Assembly: GCF_009914755.1 (NCBI RefSeq) | Contig: NC_060929.1 | Source of the DNA: the human T2T-CHM13v2.0 reference genome, Homo sapiens | DNA length: 64,000 nucleotides | Reading direction: 5' to 3' (one strand) | Shown here: piece by piece, positions 47,481-62,925 of the stretch | Layout: the number at the start of each line of letters is the position of its first letter | Position numbering within the stretch: position 1 is the stretch's first letter | Notes under the pieces: generated by a model | The model's database searches: none | Seen by the model: the letters and a program-made list of their open reading frames with translations, nothing else | Told to the model about the DNA's origin: nothing | Made by a program: the position numbers and the translations under genes

Positions 47481-49649
47481 ATTTAACAAAGTCATAATTG
47501 CTTACAATACAGAATATTGATGAGGGTATGATACAGTTCAAAGACCTTCCTCCCACTTAGTTTCTATCATTTAGATATGAAAAAAAAAACCTCATCTGGG
47601 AATGAAGTAGTTGGAAAGGCAAACACTGAAAATAGTTTCAAAATGTGTGGTGTTTGGTTGGGGTGTCAGGGGTAGGAGGTAGTATATATTGCAAATTCCT
47701 ACAGAGGTAAGAAGACCAAGGAGAAGAATGTCATTCATAAAAGTAACACAATGAACCAAAGCCAGAAGTCTCCCAAGTGGCTTCATAGTACTGACAATGT
47801 ACTGAGCAATCTTCACCCTCACTAAACCCTAAAAAGGAAGTGTTATTATTATCTCTATTTTACTGATGAGGAAACAGAGGAAGTACGATTAAGCAACTTA
47901 TCCCAGATCATACACTCAAGTAAGCAGTAGAGTTGGGAATCAAACCCAGGTCTGACTCTAGCATTTTTCTGTTATATTCTACTTTGTGCCAGGAACTCTG
48001 CTGATGACATAAAAATGAAAACATATGGGCCCTGCCTTCAAGGAGCTCAGTCTAATACTGGACAGTGGAGACAGATTTATAAGCAAATAGCATCTGCTTT
48101 CTACTTCATGAAGAAAACTTCATACAGGAATTCCCTCAACCTCCTTACACAATGGGAATAATGATGCTGACTGCAATGAACATTTGAGTGCCCACCATTT
48201 GTACCAAACATACACTTCTACATGCCTTTCACATAATTATCTAACCTAACATTCAAACAACAAGATGAGGTAATACTATGATTATACCCAGTTTATAGAG
48301 TAGGAAACCTAATCTTAGAGATGTTATAAAGGTTTCCCAGGGTCACATGGCTAGGAAACTGGGGTCCTGGGATCTGAAACCCAGGCAGCCTGACTAAATC
48401 CGTTACTCTTTCCTACTAAGTTGTTTCCTGATACTTGGTTGGGAGTTCACAACACCCAGTAGTTTATCTTTTCTTTGTATCAAATGAAGCAAAAAGGAAA
48501 GGCTTTTCCTCCAAGAGAAGTTCTTGGTTCCCTAAATCTTCTCCACTATCTCTCAGCTTACCTGCCCTTTCTCTTTCTCTTCCTGATCTACCTGGACTCA
48601 ACAGCTGATCTTTCATCAGCAAACTCAATTCATTTACCCCATTGTCCTTCCAGCCCACCAGGTCTGACAAAACTTCCCATTTTCCACAGCATCCTTCATC
48701 CATTTCCTATATCTGAACTTCTGTGCTCTGCTGGAGATCACATGTCCACAAGGCCTACTGTTAGTTTTATTTGAAGCAGCAAGAAAGTTTTTTAGCTAAC
48801 AACTTGAATACAGACATTATGAAGTTACAAAGTCTGCTGAATACTTTGTATATATAGAGGGGGGTGGGGAAAGAGAGGTATTGAGAAAAGGCTAGAGGTA
48901 GAATATAATCAGCAATGCCAAGCTAGGCATTTTGAATTTGGTTCCTATAGACAATATAGAGCTACTATAGGTTTCTGGGAAGGGCAGTGATATAAGAGCT
49001 ACTATATTTCTCAGTTAGACTAGATTTTGTTACAACAATAGGGGGCCCTCAGATCACTAAGGCTTACCCTAGTGAAGTGTACAGGCAACTTTTGGGGCAA
49101 CTGCCTTAGTATACAGAGACTCAGATATCCAAACTGTTTAGGTATTTTTGGCTCTGCCATCTCAACATAAGGCCACTTAGGTCACAACAGCAGGAAAAAA
49201 ACAAAACAACAACAACAACAACAAAAAACAGCTGGAAGAGAATGTTAACCTTGCAAGTAATCAGGGAAATAAAAACTAAAACAAATACCTTTTCCCCATC
49301 AAATTGGCAAAAAACAAGTATGATAATACAAAATGCAGGAAAAATTATGGAGGAAAACAATATTCTCATAAACTGCTAATGGGAGTATGAACTGGTATAA
49401 ACATTTTGGACAACAATTTGAGGAGTAGCCACTTTGGGGAGCAAATGTAAGGCTACATTTAAAATGTATATACCTTATGACTCAATATTCCTCTTAGGGT
49501 ACCTACTGTTAAGATCACTCTGGAAGCACAGAAGGTGAAATAGAAGAAAATGATACACACAAGAGATAGGAGACACTAGTTGAAGCACAAGACAATGGAG
49601 GCCTTACAAAATTAAAAGTAAGCCACCAGAATTATAAGATGCTTCTAGG

Positions 49650-50296
<647 letters not shown>

Positions 50297-51125
50297 GGCA
50301 GTATGGAGCCTGTTTTATGGAATTTACCATTTCCCAAAAGCCCCAAAGGAGAACCTTGGGTATATACACCAAGAGATCACAGCACTGTGCCTGAGGTATG
50401 TGAAACTACAAGAGAAACATGGAACATTCCTAACTCATTATTTTTACCAAAAGTTGAGAGTTGGAAGGATGTTTCTAAATGATGTAACTAATAAGTATTA
50501 AAAAGTTTTTCAATTCTAAGACAAAGTAATCTCCCCACTTTAATATTTTTGAAACCACAGAGAAGCTTTCAATCAATATTCATTTTTTAATGGTGAGTTT
50601 ACTAAAAGTAAATTACTACAATTTAGGAGAAAATCAGTATAAGAATGCTTGGCAAGTCTGAGAACAGGCAAGGAAATCAGGGCAGTGACAGTGAATGAGG
50701 AGGAGTGTAGTAGGAGATAAGTGGAGGAGGGAGCATAAACTGTTTGGTAGGTCATGGTGAGGACTTGGACTTTGAAGAAAGTCTGTCAAGGAGGAAGTGA
50801 TCAGCTGTGTCAAGTGCTGCAGATAGGTACAGTAAGATAAGGGCAAAGAAATGACCTGCAGCTTTAGCTGTGGATAAATCAATCAGTGACCAGTGACTGG
50901 AGGAGCACCTCAAAGAAGGAAATAGAACCCAAAGTGGTAATGCTTCCTCCACCCAGTAAACAGTCACCTCAAACAAGCAACTCTAACAGATCAGGAAGAT
51001 GAGCTCCCAACTAAGAACCACTTAAGTCAACCTCCTGAAAGAAACCCAAAAAACTCAATTTGATTTCTCTCTAGAGAGACCACGGAAAAAAAAAAAAAAA
51101 GAGTTGCAATTAAAAAACAACAACA

Positions 51126-51421
<296 letters not shown>

Positions 51422-51561
51422 TAATCTCACAACTGAAGACGAAAGAGAATTTTCAGCTTGCGAGAGTACTACTCCAAAAGTGTCAATAGGGGAACAAAAC
51501 ATTAGGCAATCCAGGGCAAAACTTCATGGCATCAAGGATTAAAAAAAATAAATAAAACAAA

Positions 51562-52104
<543 letters not shown>

Positions 52105-54034
52105 TAACTAACTACTAATAAAAGTAATTAACAAAGGAAAAAAAAAGCATGAGCTCAGACTTCTCATCAGCAACACTGGAGGCCAGAAGACAGTGTAGTA
52201 ACTTTTTCAAACTGCTAAAGAAAAAAGACTTTGGATTTATTATTTTATATTGAACTAAACAATTATCTTAAGAGTAAATATAAAGGAAGGCATTTATGAT
52301 TCATTCTTCCCCAACCCCCAGTAGAACCATGCTAATACGACTATTTATTTTAGCAAGAAAATTAATGAATTCAGAAGTAGTAAAATGCAAGTACATAGTA
52401 GCATAGGCAAAAATACATGAACAAAAATAAAACCAGTAAAATGTACTGGAAAATGAAAAGAAGTATAACAAAATTCTAAGTTTTATGTGTTTAATTGCAA
52501 TCCAGAGTCAAAATTTCATCAACAGTAACATGAGGGAAGGGGGATGGAGACATGTACTCTTACAAATACTTGATTTACACAGTAGAGTACCAATCCAGAA
52601 TCCTGCTCATATAATGTTTGCTGGCATTTCATGAAACCTTAGAAGCTGATTTTGAAATTTTGACTCTTCCATATTTGTTAAATCTGGGATCAAAAGTTGG
52701 CTATCAGCATTCCAAAGGCTATTTTATTTTGCTGGTTACCTTAAAAAACAACCCCTATATCTCATTCTTAATTTTCTTTAAAGTTTTTTTTACACGGTCT
52801 CACTCACTTCCTTTCTACAAGTGGTTTAAACCTTTGTAGTATAGTGCAGCTATCAAGCATCAGCAATGCTTGGGCCATATAGGTGTCATTTTCACTAAAA
52901 AGGCCATTTAAGCCTTAGCCAGATAATAGCACAAATACATTGTGTACCTAGGCTTCTTTTCATCTATTTACATTTCAATCAGCTGTTTGCCAAATGGACA
53001 GTGAATTTAAATGTCTTTCCAGAAGCTGCCTTTAAGAAAGACATGCAGTGAGCTAGGCCAGATAAAACAGAAAAACACCACGATGCTATCATAGGATTTC
53101 TTCCTTAGTCACCATCAACAGGACAACCTTGAAACAAAGACATGATTTCAGACCATACTAAGAAGTGCCTCTATTGTGCCTGTCTGTATGCAAGAGAACC
53201 ATAAAAAATCTTAATAAATGTTACAATTTAAATGTTTTGAAAAAACACTGTTTTATAATACATACATGAGACAGGAAAGATAACTTGAGTGGCATCAAAT
53301 TACAGACTATATAAATAGCCACTGTGTATAATAAAACTCACTGAATTAGAGTATATATTTTCCTACAACCTAGCCTGGAAGGTTGTATAGCACTTTGCTT
53401 TTTTGTGAGTTATTATGTTTATTTAAAAATGACAAGTATGATAGATGACCTTAAATAGTCTCCAGCTGCTAATGGTTTACTATCTTGAAAATACTTAGAA
53501 TCATTATTTAAATATTTTCATATAATTGATTTTCATGAGTATTTTCTTCATATTATTTCACTGCTCAAGAATTATCAACTAATCTTTGTAAAATAGCACA
53601 ATTCAATTGTAAAATAGCACAATTCAATCATAATTTATGACAGTATCATATTAATGAAAAATGTCATATAATCTGGCAATTAGACTAACATACCTAAATA
53701 TATCAACCATTTAAGAAAATGAAGCAAGTTAGAGTATGATCACTGATAAGTACAGCAATAGCCATAATCAAAAAATAATTCAGTCTGAAGAGAGTACATC
53801 TCAAATGCACTGCATTTTAAGTCTACAGATTTAAAACGCACCTTTCAAATCTCTTAGAGGTCACGTTAGAATGTTTTAGATATTTAAATTAAAAAAAAAA
53901 TGGCAATGAGAAAGACTACTTTGTAGTTCTTATTTTTAAAGTTTAGAAAAGAGCGCAATAAAGCTCATTTACAATTCAAAATAAAATTTAATAACTGGAT
54001 TAAATCAATTGCTAAGAAAATAACAATTACTTAC

Positions 54035-54088
54035 TTTGGAGGCCCATGGCTGAAGACAATTGGCATAACAGCGAACAAGAAAAGCCAT
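54035..54088 (-). CDS. RAPGEF6: Putative alternative first coding exon of RAPGEF6 (MAFLVRCYANCLQPWASK)
   Basis: ATG in GAA-ATG-G context, 54 nt with no stop, AAA|GTAAGT donor, phase 0 matching the exon at 43437. Confidence 0.72.
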
Positions 54089-54149
54089 TTCCTAGGCTGG
54101 AAAGGGTAGTTTCCTTTTCAAACCAGAGCTACAGTGATGAGTACGGTGA

Positions 54150-55099
54150 TAAAATTCTGTTAAGTTTCTTTTTACAAATCATACACCACTGCAGTGTTTA
54201 TATAAAGGCAGCCTCTCCAAACCCCTTTTAAAACTGAAATCAGGAGCTTTCAGTATTGTTCTAAATTAAAACGTTCACTTTAACAAGCAAATCACAGTAA
54301 ATGAAGATGTTTACAATTCTGGCTCAGAATATACAGACATATACATGCGGCCTCAGGCACCTGGCACAGACATGCAGAGTGGTAGCACAACAGTTAATAC
54401 GGTATCAGTCAAAGCAAATCAGGCAACATGCACCAAATCTGTGTTCCTGGATTCCGTGAAACCTTTCCTCTCTGTAATATAGCTTTGTCTTTTCTTCAAC
54501 TTATTTCATTCTGTAGAACAAGCACTGCAGTGATTCTTCTGCATCAAAAGCAAACATTGTATCCTGAAGATTAAAGTTTCTTCTTTATATTCTTAACCTC
54601 CAGAGGTTTAAAAAAAAAAAAAGTTGAGCAAATGGCAGTTAGATGATATATGCCGTAACAGGTTTGTCCTGTAGAATGTCTAAGAATCTCCAAAATTGTA
54701 ATTATTTTCTCTATTCACATGCACTGTTTACAGCTCTGCAGCACTGTTCCTTATTCTAATGTATCAGTAAAACAGCACTGTTGATTTAAGTCTAGCTTTT
54801 CTGGTTAAACATTTTTATATAATATGGTACAAAACCATTATATCTTCTGCTAAAGCAAGACTGAATGTTAGTGTCTTAATTTCTACTGTCCTTGCCTGTT
54901 TCAAAGCAGCTCCCTAAGGAGAAGCTCCTATTGATTCTATGCTCTGCAGTAAGATGAAATATCTAATAAGAAGGAAAGAGAGTGGGAGGAGAATAGAGCT
55001 AAAAGGATGACATCACCTGTACAGAAAGCCTCCAGAAACTGCATTAGATCAATTGGCTACTGTATCTGCAGATGTAGCCCTAAGAGCAATTTATTGAAA

Positions 55100-55151
<52 letters not shown>

Positions 55152-55200
55152 CATCCTCCTTTCCATGAGACACGTCAGCAAGCTAAATTCTTTAAGAAAA
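54150..55200 (-). promoter_or_regulatory. Putative internal promoter for the alternative first exon
   Basis: Palindromic TTTATATAAA (54197-54206), TGACATCA (55008-55015), CCAAT on minus strand (~55054-55058), TGACGT CRE half-site (~55172-55177); no recognisable transposons. Confidence 0.35.
55104..55149. repeat. (AC)23 microsatellite
   Basis: Read directly. Confidence 0.95.
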
Positions 55201-58200
55201 AAATTGGCTTGAGCACCCTTTCTACTTCACAGTTTTAAAAATCCATTTTGATTTTTAATTCTGTACATTGATACACAGCTATATTTGGGAAGCCATATTT
55301 CCTATTATTATTCAAATGTAATACAGTATTGTCCTCCCAAGGTAAAATTATAAGCTCTGATAAGATACCATTGCATTCCAAATAAACAAGGCAGCCTAGG
55401 TTCTCAGATGTCACATGTATTTGTTAACAAGGGGTTTCTGCTTGCAAAATTTGCTATTTATCAAATAACTGTTCTGAAAGATATAACCTTCAGGATCACT
55501 CTAAATTAACATTAAGAATATACAAACTAGTACTAAGATTTGTAGGTAGATAGTAAATTTAAATGGAAACAATAGAATTTCATTTTGCAAAGGGAAGCTG
55601 GAAAAAAATCAGATGTACACCAATAGTTGCAGCATGCACCTACTTCTTTGAGAAAGAATAATCTACACAACATGGTACTTTCCTGTAGCCCAATGCTGAA
55701 TTCCTAGAAAAAGACAAGAAGCCAGCAAAACTCACTCAGAAGAAATCAAAGAAAAGGATTAAACCTGCTTCCAGAGTGAGTGTGGACTAAAAAAAATTGC
55801 CCCATTTTTCTATAGAAATTACAGAAAAAGATTTTAATTTTGCCACACCCTCTTCCATCTGAAACACAATACCACTAGTACCCATCCTTGTTCTTCATGC
55901 TTCTGCTACAAGGCATTAGATACTCCAACTAAGCTTGCAATGGTTGCTCCTAGTGGCCAAAGAAAGACAGTTCCCAATAGTAAAATATAGTTAGTTATAC
56001 CTCCAGGCGGCAAAATTATGAGAAAAACAATCACTGAACAAATCAAAGCAATATAATTATTTTGCTTTATTTACCTAACACTTTTATTTTGGGGAAAATG
56101 GGGTGTGCAACATAAGAGGAGATGTTACCTGGGAGACAGGTCTTTTAACAAAGGACTCCACTGACTGCAGAAGAAACATCTTGTTGTTAAGCACAAAAAA
56201 AATAAGTTCTTCAATATCTTTGAGAAAAGTCTGAGTCACTTTCTGAACAACACTATGCTGCCAATCTGAATTACACTGCTACTTATAAAACTAGAATTTA
56301 AGTTAAACTAAGTATAATTTTGAACAAAGACAAGTTATGCTTTCAAAATATGTAATTATTTAGATTTTCATAAAGCTTTTAAGAATGTTTTTCTGCCAAA
56401 ATTCCAAAAGACACAATACCAAAATACACAATACCCGCATTTAAATATAAAATTAAATCTCACAAATGCAAACAAGCATGACTAGTTTTCTAAACATAAA
56501 ACATGCAATATTTATACAGGTTGGTTTTCAAGCACCAATGTGTTTTTTTTTTTTTTTCAGTTTAATTTAAATCAATCATACGTGAGTTGGAATTCCACTT
56601 GATACTTAATATTGTACATTAATTAAAATCTAATGTTAATCATTCTTTAAAACAGAAAAATGATAGTAGGTACTTTGTATGTACATGAAGACAAACTTTC
56701 ACTTAAGATAAAATTTCTAAAAGATGAGTATTTTACACATAAATATCAGTAGCAAGATTCAAGAATACCAAGAATTTCAACACCAGACAGTAATTATATT
56801 CATGTATAGTACCAACAGAATATATTATAGCCGAATCAAAAAGCAAAATTTTAATGCACACCTTTCCCCCTTTTTATAAATCATGCTGATCAACACACAA
56901 AGAAGGACCTCAAGCTGGGCAAGGGAGACAGCCATCTCTTAGCTGCTTTAAAAAACTGCTGCCCAGTGTGAGAAATGCAATCCACTAGTGCCATATGTTA
57001 GACCTACTGTAGTAAACACCAACTCAGTAAAGGAACAAAATTCTCTTTTCCTTTAGTTTGGCTTGTAAGTGAAGATGACATCATCCTTTTCCTTTTCTAC
57101 CAATCATCTCATAGTATCTTCGATTCCAGGGAACTGTATAGTGAACCTATCATGCTAAATCTCCCTGTGTAACAATACTAAGAAAAGAAACAGGCCAAAT
57201 TCCATACTCAACACGGGGATCCACCAGCATTCTGAGGAAATAATGACTTCACCTTTTAACTACTGAATGAAGAAATAAACATCCTTTGAAGAGAATAGTA
57301 ATTTATCAAATAACTAAAATAAATGACTAGGTGAATAACCTATTTTTCCCTTGCATCACTTTTAGAATTTTATCACGATCTCATCTCATTATCTTATCAA
57401 TTCAAATGAATTAAGTGCAGCAAAGGAGAATGTCCTGATCTACCTATTGTCTAGGAATCACTACAGGACAGCCACTTATGAACACGTTTCCCCTGCATAT
57501 GAAATGCCATGATGCTAACCCTTATTAATGAAATCTTTAGCTTTAGAAAGGTCTTTTGCACTACTATAAAATAGAGCAATGTATGTTGACTTTGCAAAGA
57601 TTCAAATCATGACAAAATACTTTTATAAAAGTGTAAATGCCATGTAGTTATTAAAATTTATGTTAACTGTGTATATTATTTATAAACAAAAATACAAACT
57701 GAAATACTTAAAATCATATTGTTTAGAAAGCCAAAGATAAGGTTCTGATAGTTACTAAACTAACTGTAAACACATCTTTTATGTTAATATGTGACAACAC
57801 TGAAAAGAAGGACAGAGAAAGGTTACCATAGATGAAGGTAAGCCATAAGAGGATATACATTCTAGGCATTATGAAAAACAAACAAAACTAATGATAACAA
57901 AAACTGGATTTATACTAACCCAGGCATTTTATTTACTTATTATATTTTTAAATGGAATTTATTCCCAATCTGCAATGAAATATTATAATCATAATTTAGA
58001 GAAGTCAAACGCCAAAGAAGTTAAAGAACAAAAGAAAAATTCTGTAGTTTTACAAAATAAAGAGGACATTCATTTCTGTATTTTAGTTATATTTGGTTTT
58101 TGAAATATAAACTTAAATTGTACTGATTTACATAGTGAAAACACTTTAAGTCTTTTGGAAAATAAATGAATAAATGACTGAAATGATCATAGGTAACATA

Positions 58201-59650
58201 CAAGCCCTTTCAAAGGATCATAACAATCTTTTCCACCCGTTTTCCCCCATGTTTAACATGAACATCTGAAATGCATCTTTGCAGTTATCAGACACAGTTA
58301 ACTCTAATTACTGGTGCCCCTTAGGACTTCTGCTTTCAAACTGCATACCTATTCCTCAGCCTTCATGAAGGAGGGGAGGCAAGAGTACCAACGCTCTTTT
58401 ATTCTCTTGTAAGAAACAGTGTGCTTCAGCATACTGTCATATATATCCACTAACTGATCACCCCCATTTTTGTTGAAAATCTGTCACAGCCACCAGCTGG
58501 ACACACATGCACTATGAAATATGATCCACCCTTAGGGAGTAATAGAGGAAGAAAAACCAAGAAGGAGAGAGAAACCGTCATCATCAACCAAGGTGATGTA
58601 AGCTTCTATAATTAGAATCAGTGAAATTGAAAGAACAATAAAAGGCACCACTATGCTTCTGCTTTCCGTCTACACTGCGTATCAAGCATCTTCATACCTG
58701 CACAAAAGGATACATTTTGTATATAGTTACTCAAGTATATGCAAACCTAAAGTTTCAAACAGCGGATTAATTTTCTTCAAAAAGAGAGTAACATATATAA
58801 ATGATAAAAAATGAACTCTCATTTAAAACTATCTGTGAATTCCTGGGTTCCTTTATATCCCTTGTTCATAAAGATGACCATTACGTCCCTTCTCTACTTT
58901 TAAATACTACATTTTCTAGCACTGTAAAAGCCACATACACAAGATAGCACACTTAATAAACACATACCAAATCAAACTAAAAGGTAATAACGTTAGGTCA
59001 GCATTAATTTGTTTGCTATGTCTGAGTAGTTGTTATTCCCCTTCCAACTGGAACACTGTCATAATCAGTCTTAGACCACTGGTATACATTAGTATCTGAG
59101 TTGCTTTAAACAATTATCAAAAGCTCCTTCTTTAGCAATTACTCCATAAAATATTTCAAGTATGATAAAAAGTCTTCCTAATTCTGGTTCCCTGGGCAAA
59201 TCTGTCTGAATTAGTGTCACACCATTAAGGGAGGAAGAACTGCCCCAGACAACCAGAGGGGCATGCCCTGCTCTGGTCCTCTCAGTACTCAAGCATTTTA
59301 TACATAGTGAATAATAAAGACAATTTTAAAATGCCTATTGAGAAGTTACCAATATTCATGTAGAAACTTAAAATAATTTTCATACCTTTAACCCAGTAAT
59401 TTCTGTAACTCAATCCTAAGGAAATAATCAGTCATGTACAGATTTTTCCCTAAAAGTTGTTTGTAATAGGAGAAAAATTGGAAGCCACGTGAGAATACTT
59501 CGTTACACTCATACAGCATTATATTAATATTGAAAGTAATGTTTTGGAAAAAATTTAACTGCATGAGAAACACAAACACAAGGATACATAACTAAACATT
59601 CAGCATCATCTAAATTAATTAAAATATTTAAATTAATCAAAAGATATATA

Positions 59651-60603
59651 CAGTCAGCCCTCTGTGTCCATGGGTTCTGTACCTGCAGATTGAAGAAACT
59701 GCAGACAGAAAATATTTTGGGAAAATCCCATTAAAAATAACAGTAGAGGCTGGGGGTGGTGGTGATTACATCTGTAATCCCAACAGTTTGGGAGGCCGAG
59801 GCAGGCTATTGCTGGAGCCCACGAGTTCAAGACCAACCTGAAAAACATGATGAAACTCCGTCTCTACAAAAAAAACAAAGTTAGCTGGGTGTGGAGGCAT
59901 GTGCCTATAATCCCAGCTACTCAGGAGGCTGAGGTGAGAGGATCCCTTGAGTTGGGAGGTCAAAGCTGCAATGAGCTGTGATCATTCCACTGCATTCTAG
60001 TCTAGTTGACAGCGAGACCGTCTCAAATAAAACCTAAAAAACCAAAAACAAAAAACCACTACAACAATAAAAAAAACTACAAATTTCAGTATAGCAACTA
60101 TCTACACTGCATTTACACTGTATTAGGTATTATAAGTAATCTAGAAATGATTCAAAATACAGTCATGCATTGCTTAACAACTGGGGTACATTCTGAGGAA
60201 TGTGTCATTAGGCAATTTCATCCTTGGGCAAACATCACTGAGTGTAGCTACAGAAACCTAGACGGTATAGCCTACTATACACCTAGGCTACATGGTACAG
60301 CCTATGGTTCCCAGGCTATGAACCTGCTCAGCATGTTACTCTACTGAATAATGCAGGCAACTGTAACACAATGGTAAGTATTTGTGTATCTAAACACAGA
60401 AAACGTACAGTAAAAACAGGCAGCAAAATCTGATGTCATTTATGTGGTCTGTCATTACGCAACACATGACTGTATATGGAAGGATGTGCATAGATTACAC
60501 AAAAATACTACACCATTTTATAAAAGGGACTCGAACATCCTCGAATTTTAGTATCTGCAGGGGGTCCTGAAACCAAGCCCCCATGGATACTGAGGGACCA
60601 TGG
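59651..60603 (-). mobile_element. MER2-like Tigger MITE with nested AluJ (59748-60050) and Tigger3-like element (60160-60472)
   Basis: MER2-like ends; inner element has TIRs CAGTCATG/CATGACTG with TA flanks. Confidence 0.8.
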
Positions 60604-62221
60604 TACATTAAAAAAATTTTAAGTGACAGTAGCTATCTCCAGTTTTGAGGATGACAGCAAATTCATTTCCTTCTTCATACTCTTCTATATATTTTACATT
60701 TCTACAATAAGCATTTCTTCACAAAATTAAAACAAAATCTGCTCTAACTTGGCATTTGTCCTAGTTTTAGTTGTATCACTTCTATGCTTTTTGTCTATTT
60801 GTGGACTCAATACCTTCTAACTAGGTACAAAAACCTATCAAGAATTCCATATTATTTCCTAGAAGATAAAGGAGGAGTATTCTCCTAAAGGATGTTAGAT
60901 ACTCGTAAACAAAAACAGAAAGTCTTCTTTTGTTTTTAAGGTAGAAAGAATCACAAAGAATATACACCTGTTCAGAGTATTTGGGGCTGTAAATAAAGAG
61001 AGAAGAGAAGCAATATTGAAAAGCTGAAGATTCTTAGAGGTGGGGATCCAAACTTCTCAGTAGTAGTGTGATCAGCATTCACTGTCTTATATACAAATAA
61101 GATTATCAAAGATCCCATTTGCAAACTTCCTGAGTTTAGAAGTAACAAAAGTCTGTTTATTCATTCATTATTTCATTCTGAAAGTACTTATGAAATACCA
61201 TATTAAAAACAATCAGGATTTATCAAGCCCACAAATACAAAATAAAGTTCACAATGTTAACAAGCTTCTTCATCAAACAGTGACTTTCACTTAAACAGTT
61301 CAAATTCTAAATTCTCCTAATGATTGATGCAACAATAGTGCTTACACCTCCTTTAGTTTGACTTGAATAAATATTTAAACTTTTTGTTTACTGGTGCTCC
61401 ATGAAGAGAACTAAGCAATCACATGTTTGTACCAAAGTCCTCTAGTTTCTCATGAGGAGGTGGGGGCATGGACCTATTTCTTACTACAGGAATGGCTTGA
61501 TGAATAAGACACACATACACACACACTCCATAAAAGCGAAACACACTTGCAATAATACCTTAAGAGGTCACACCCATGGTCAAGTAAAAGCATCCAGCCA
61601 TTTTTCAGTATATCACCACAAAGTTGGTAAGTGATGTGGTGTCCTAATAATCACCTCTTATTGAGCTGCATTGACAAATGTACATTAACTCTCTAATATG
61701 CTCTGGATCTAAACAAAACATGGAGCACTGAAAGAGAATGGAGAACGTGATATAATCAGAGAAGTAGCAATGAGAAAGAACTGCCTGCTACATTAGTAAT
61801 GTGTGAGCCTAAAATGAAAAAGTAGATTCTAGCGTGTCACATCATCCTACCACCCACTATACAATCCCAGAACAAAAGACTAGATGGAAAGAAAATACAT
61901 AAAGATGTCACAGCAAAGGGAATCCCTTCAAATTAAAAACCCCAATCCATAATGCTGCCATGGAAATCATTCTTTCCAGATGTTCTTTTAGGAAGAGCTG
62001 GCTGGCTCCATGTCTGTGCAGACGCTATGCTGAAGAAAGAGAGGAAGACTAGCACCTTATTTTGTCCCTGAGAATATAAAAAGCATCCTAAGCAACACAG
62101 AGAACAAGAAATAAAAAAAATTATGAGGTAGTCTACTAAGGAACTTGAGATCTAGTTAATAACACAACAAACATATAACCAACACTCATACAGGCACACT
62201 GCTATTTAAAAATACAGCAGC

Positions 62222-62520
62222 TTGCTGGGTGCAGAAGCTCATGTCTATGATCCCAGTGTTTTGGGAGGCTGCAGTGATTAGACTGCGTGAGCCCAGGAGT
62301 TAAGACTAGCCTGGGAAACAGCAAGACACTGTCTCTACAAAAAATAAAAATACTTAGTCAAGTGTGGTGGCACATGCCTGTAGTCCTAGCTACTCAGGAG
62401 GCTAAGGCAGGTCGTTAGAGCCCAGGAGTTTGAGCTTATGGTGAACTATGATCGCATAACTGCATTTCACAGCTTGGGCAACAGAGCGAGACCCTGTCTC
62501 AAAAGCAACAACGACAAAAA
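62222..62520 (+). mobile_element. AluJ-like
   Basis: Diverged dimer. Confidence 0.85.
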
Positions 62521-62818
62521 TATACAGTAGCAAAAGGAAGGAGAAATCAAGGAGAAGGACTATAATTTCTTAACTAAAGTATGCAAACACCAACAAAGTT
62601 TTTTAAACCTTTGAACAATGTCCAGATTCATATTTGGCTCAATCACATTTCTATAAAAATGAGCACAAATGAGACCTGACATTCTAGAGAATAAAGTTAA
62701 ATAAAGGCACACTTGGTGCTTGACCTTGGTGAAACCAAGATGTTTCATGTTTATTGGTCCTGGTTTAATTTTACCATTTAACTCTACATATGTACCAATA
62801 TTAAAAATTCAATTCACA

Positions 62819-62925
62819 GGCTGGGCGTGGTGGCTTATGCCTGTAATTCCAGCACTTTGGGAGGCCAAGATCGCACCATTGCACTCCAGCCCGGGCGACA
62901 GTGCAAGACTCCGTCTCAAAAAAAA
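62819..62925 (+). mobile_element. Internally deleted Alu (about 100 bp) with intact TSD
   Basis: Left-arm start joined to right-arm end at GCCAAG; TSD AAAAATTCAATTCAC. Confidence 0.9.

Noticed and set aside
54046-54231. 61-aa plus-strand ORF
   Set aside because: Antisense to the better-supported minus-strand alternative exon; no recognisable homology
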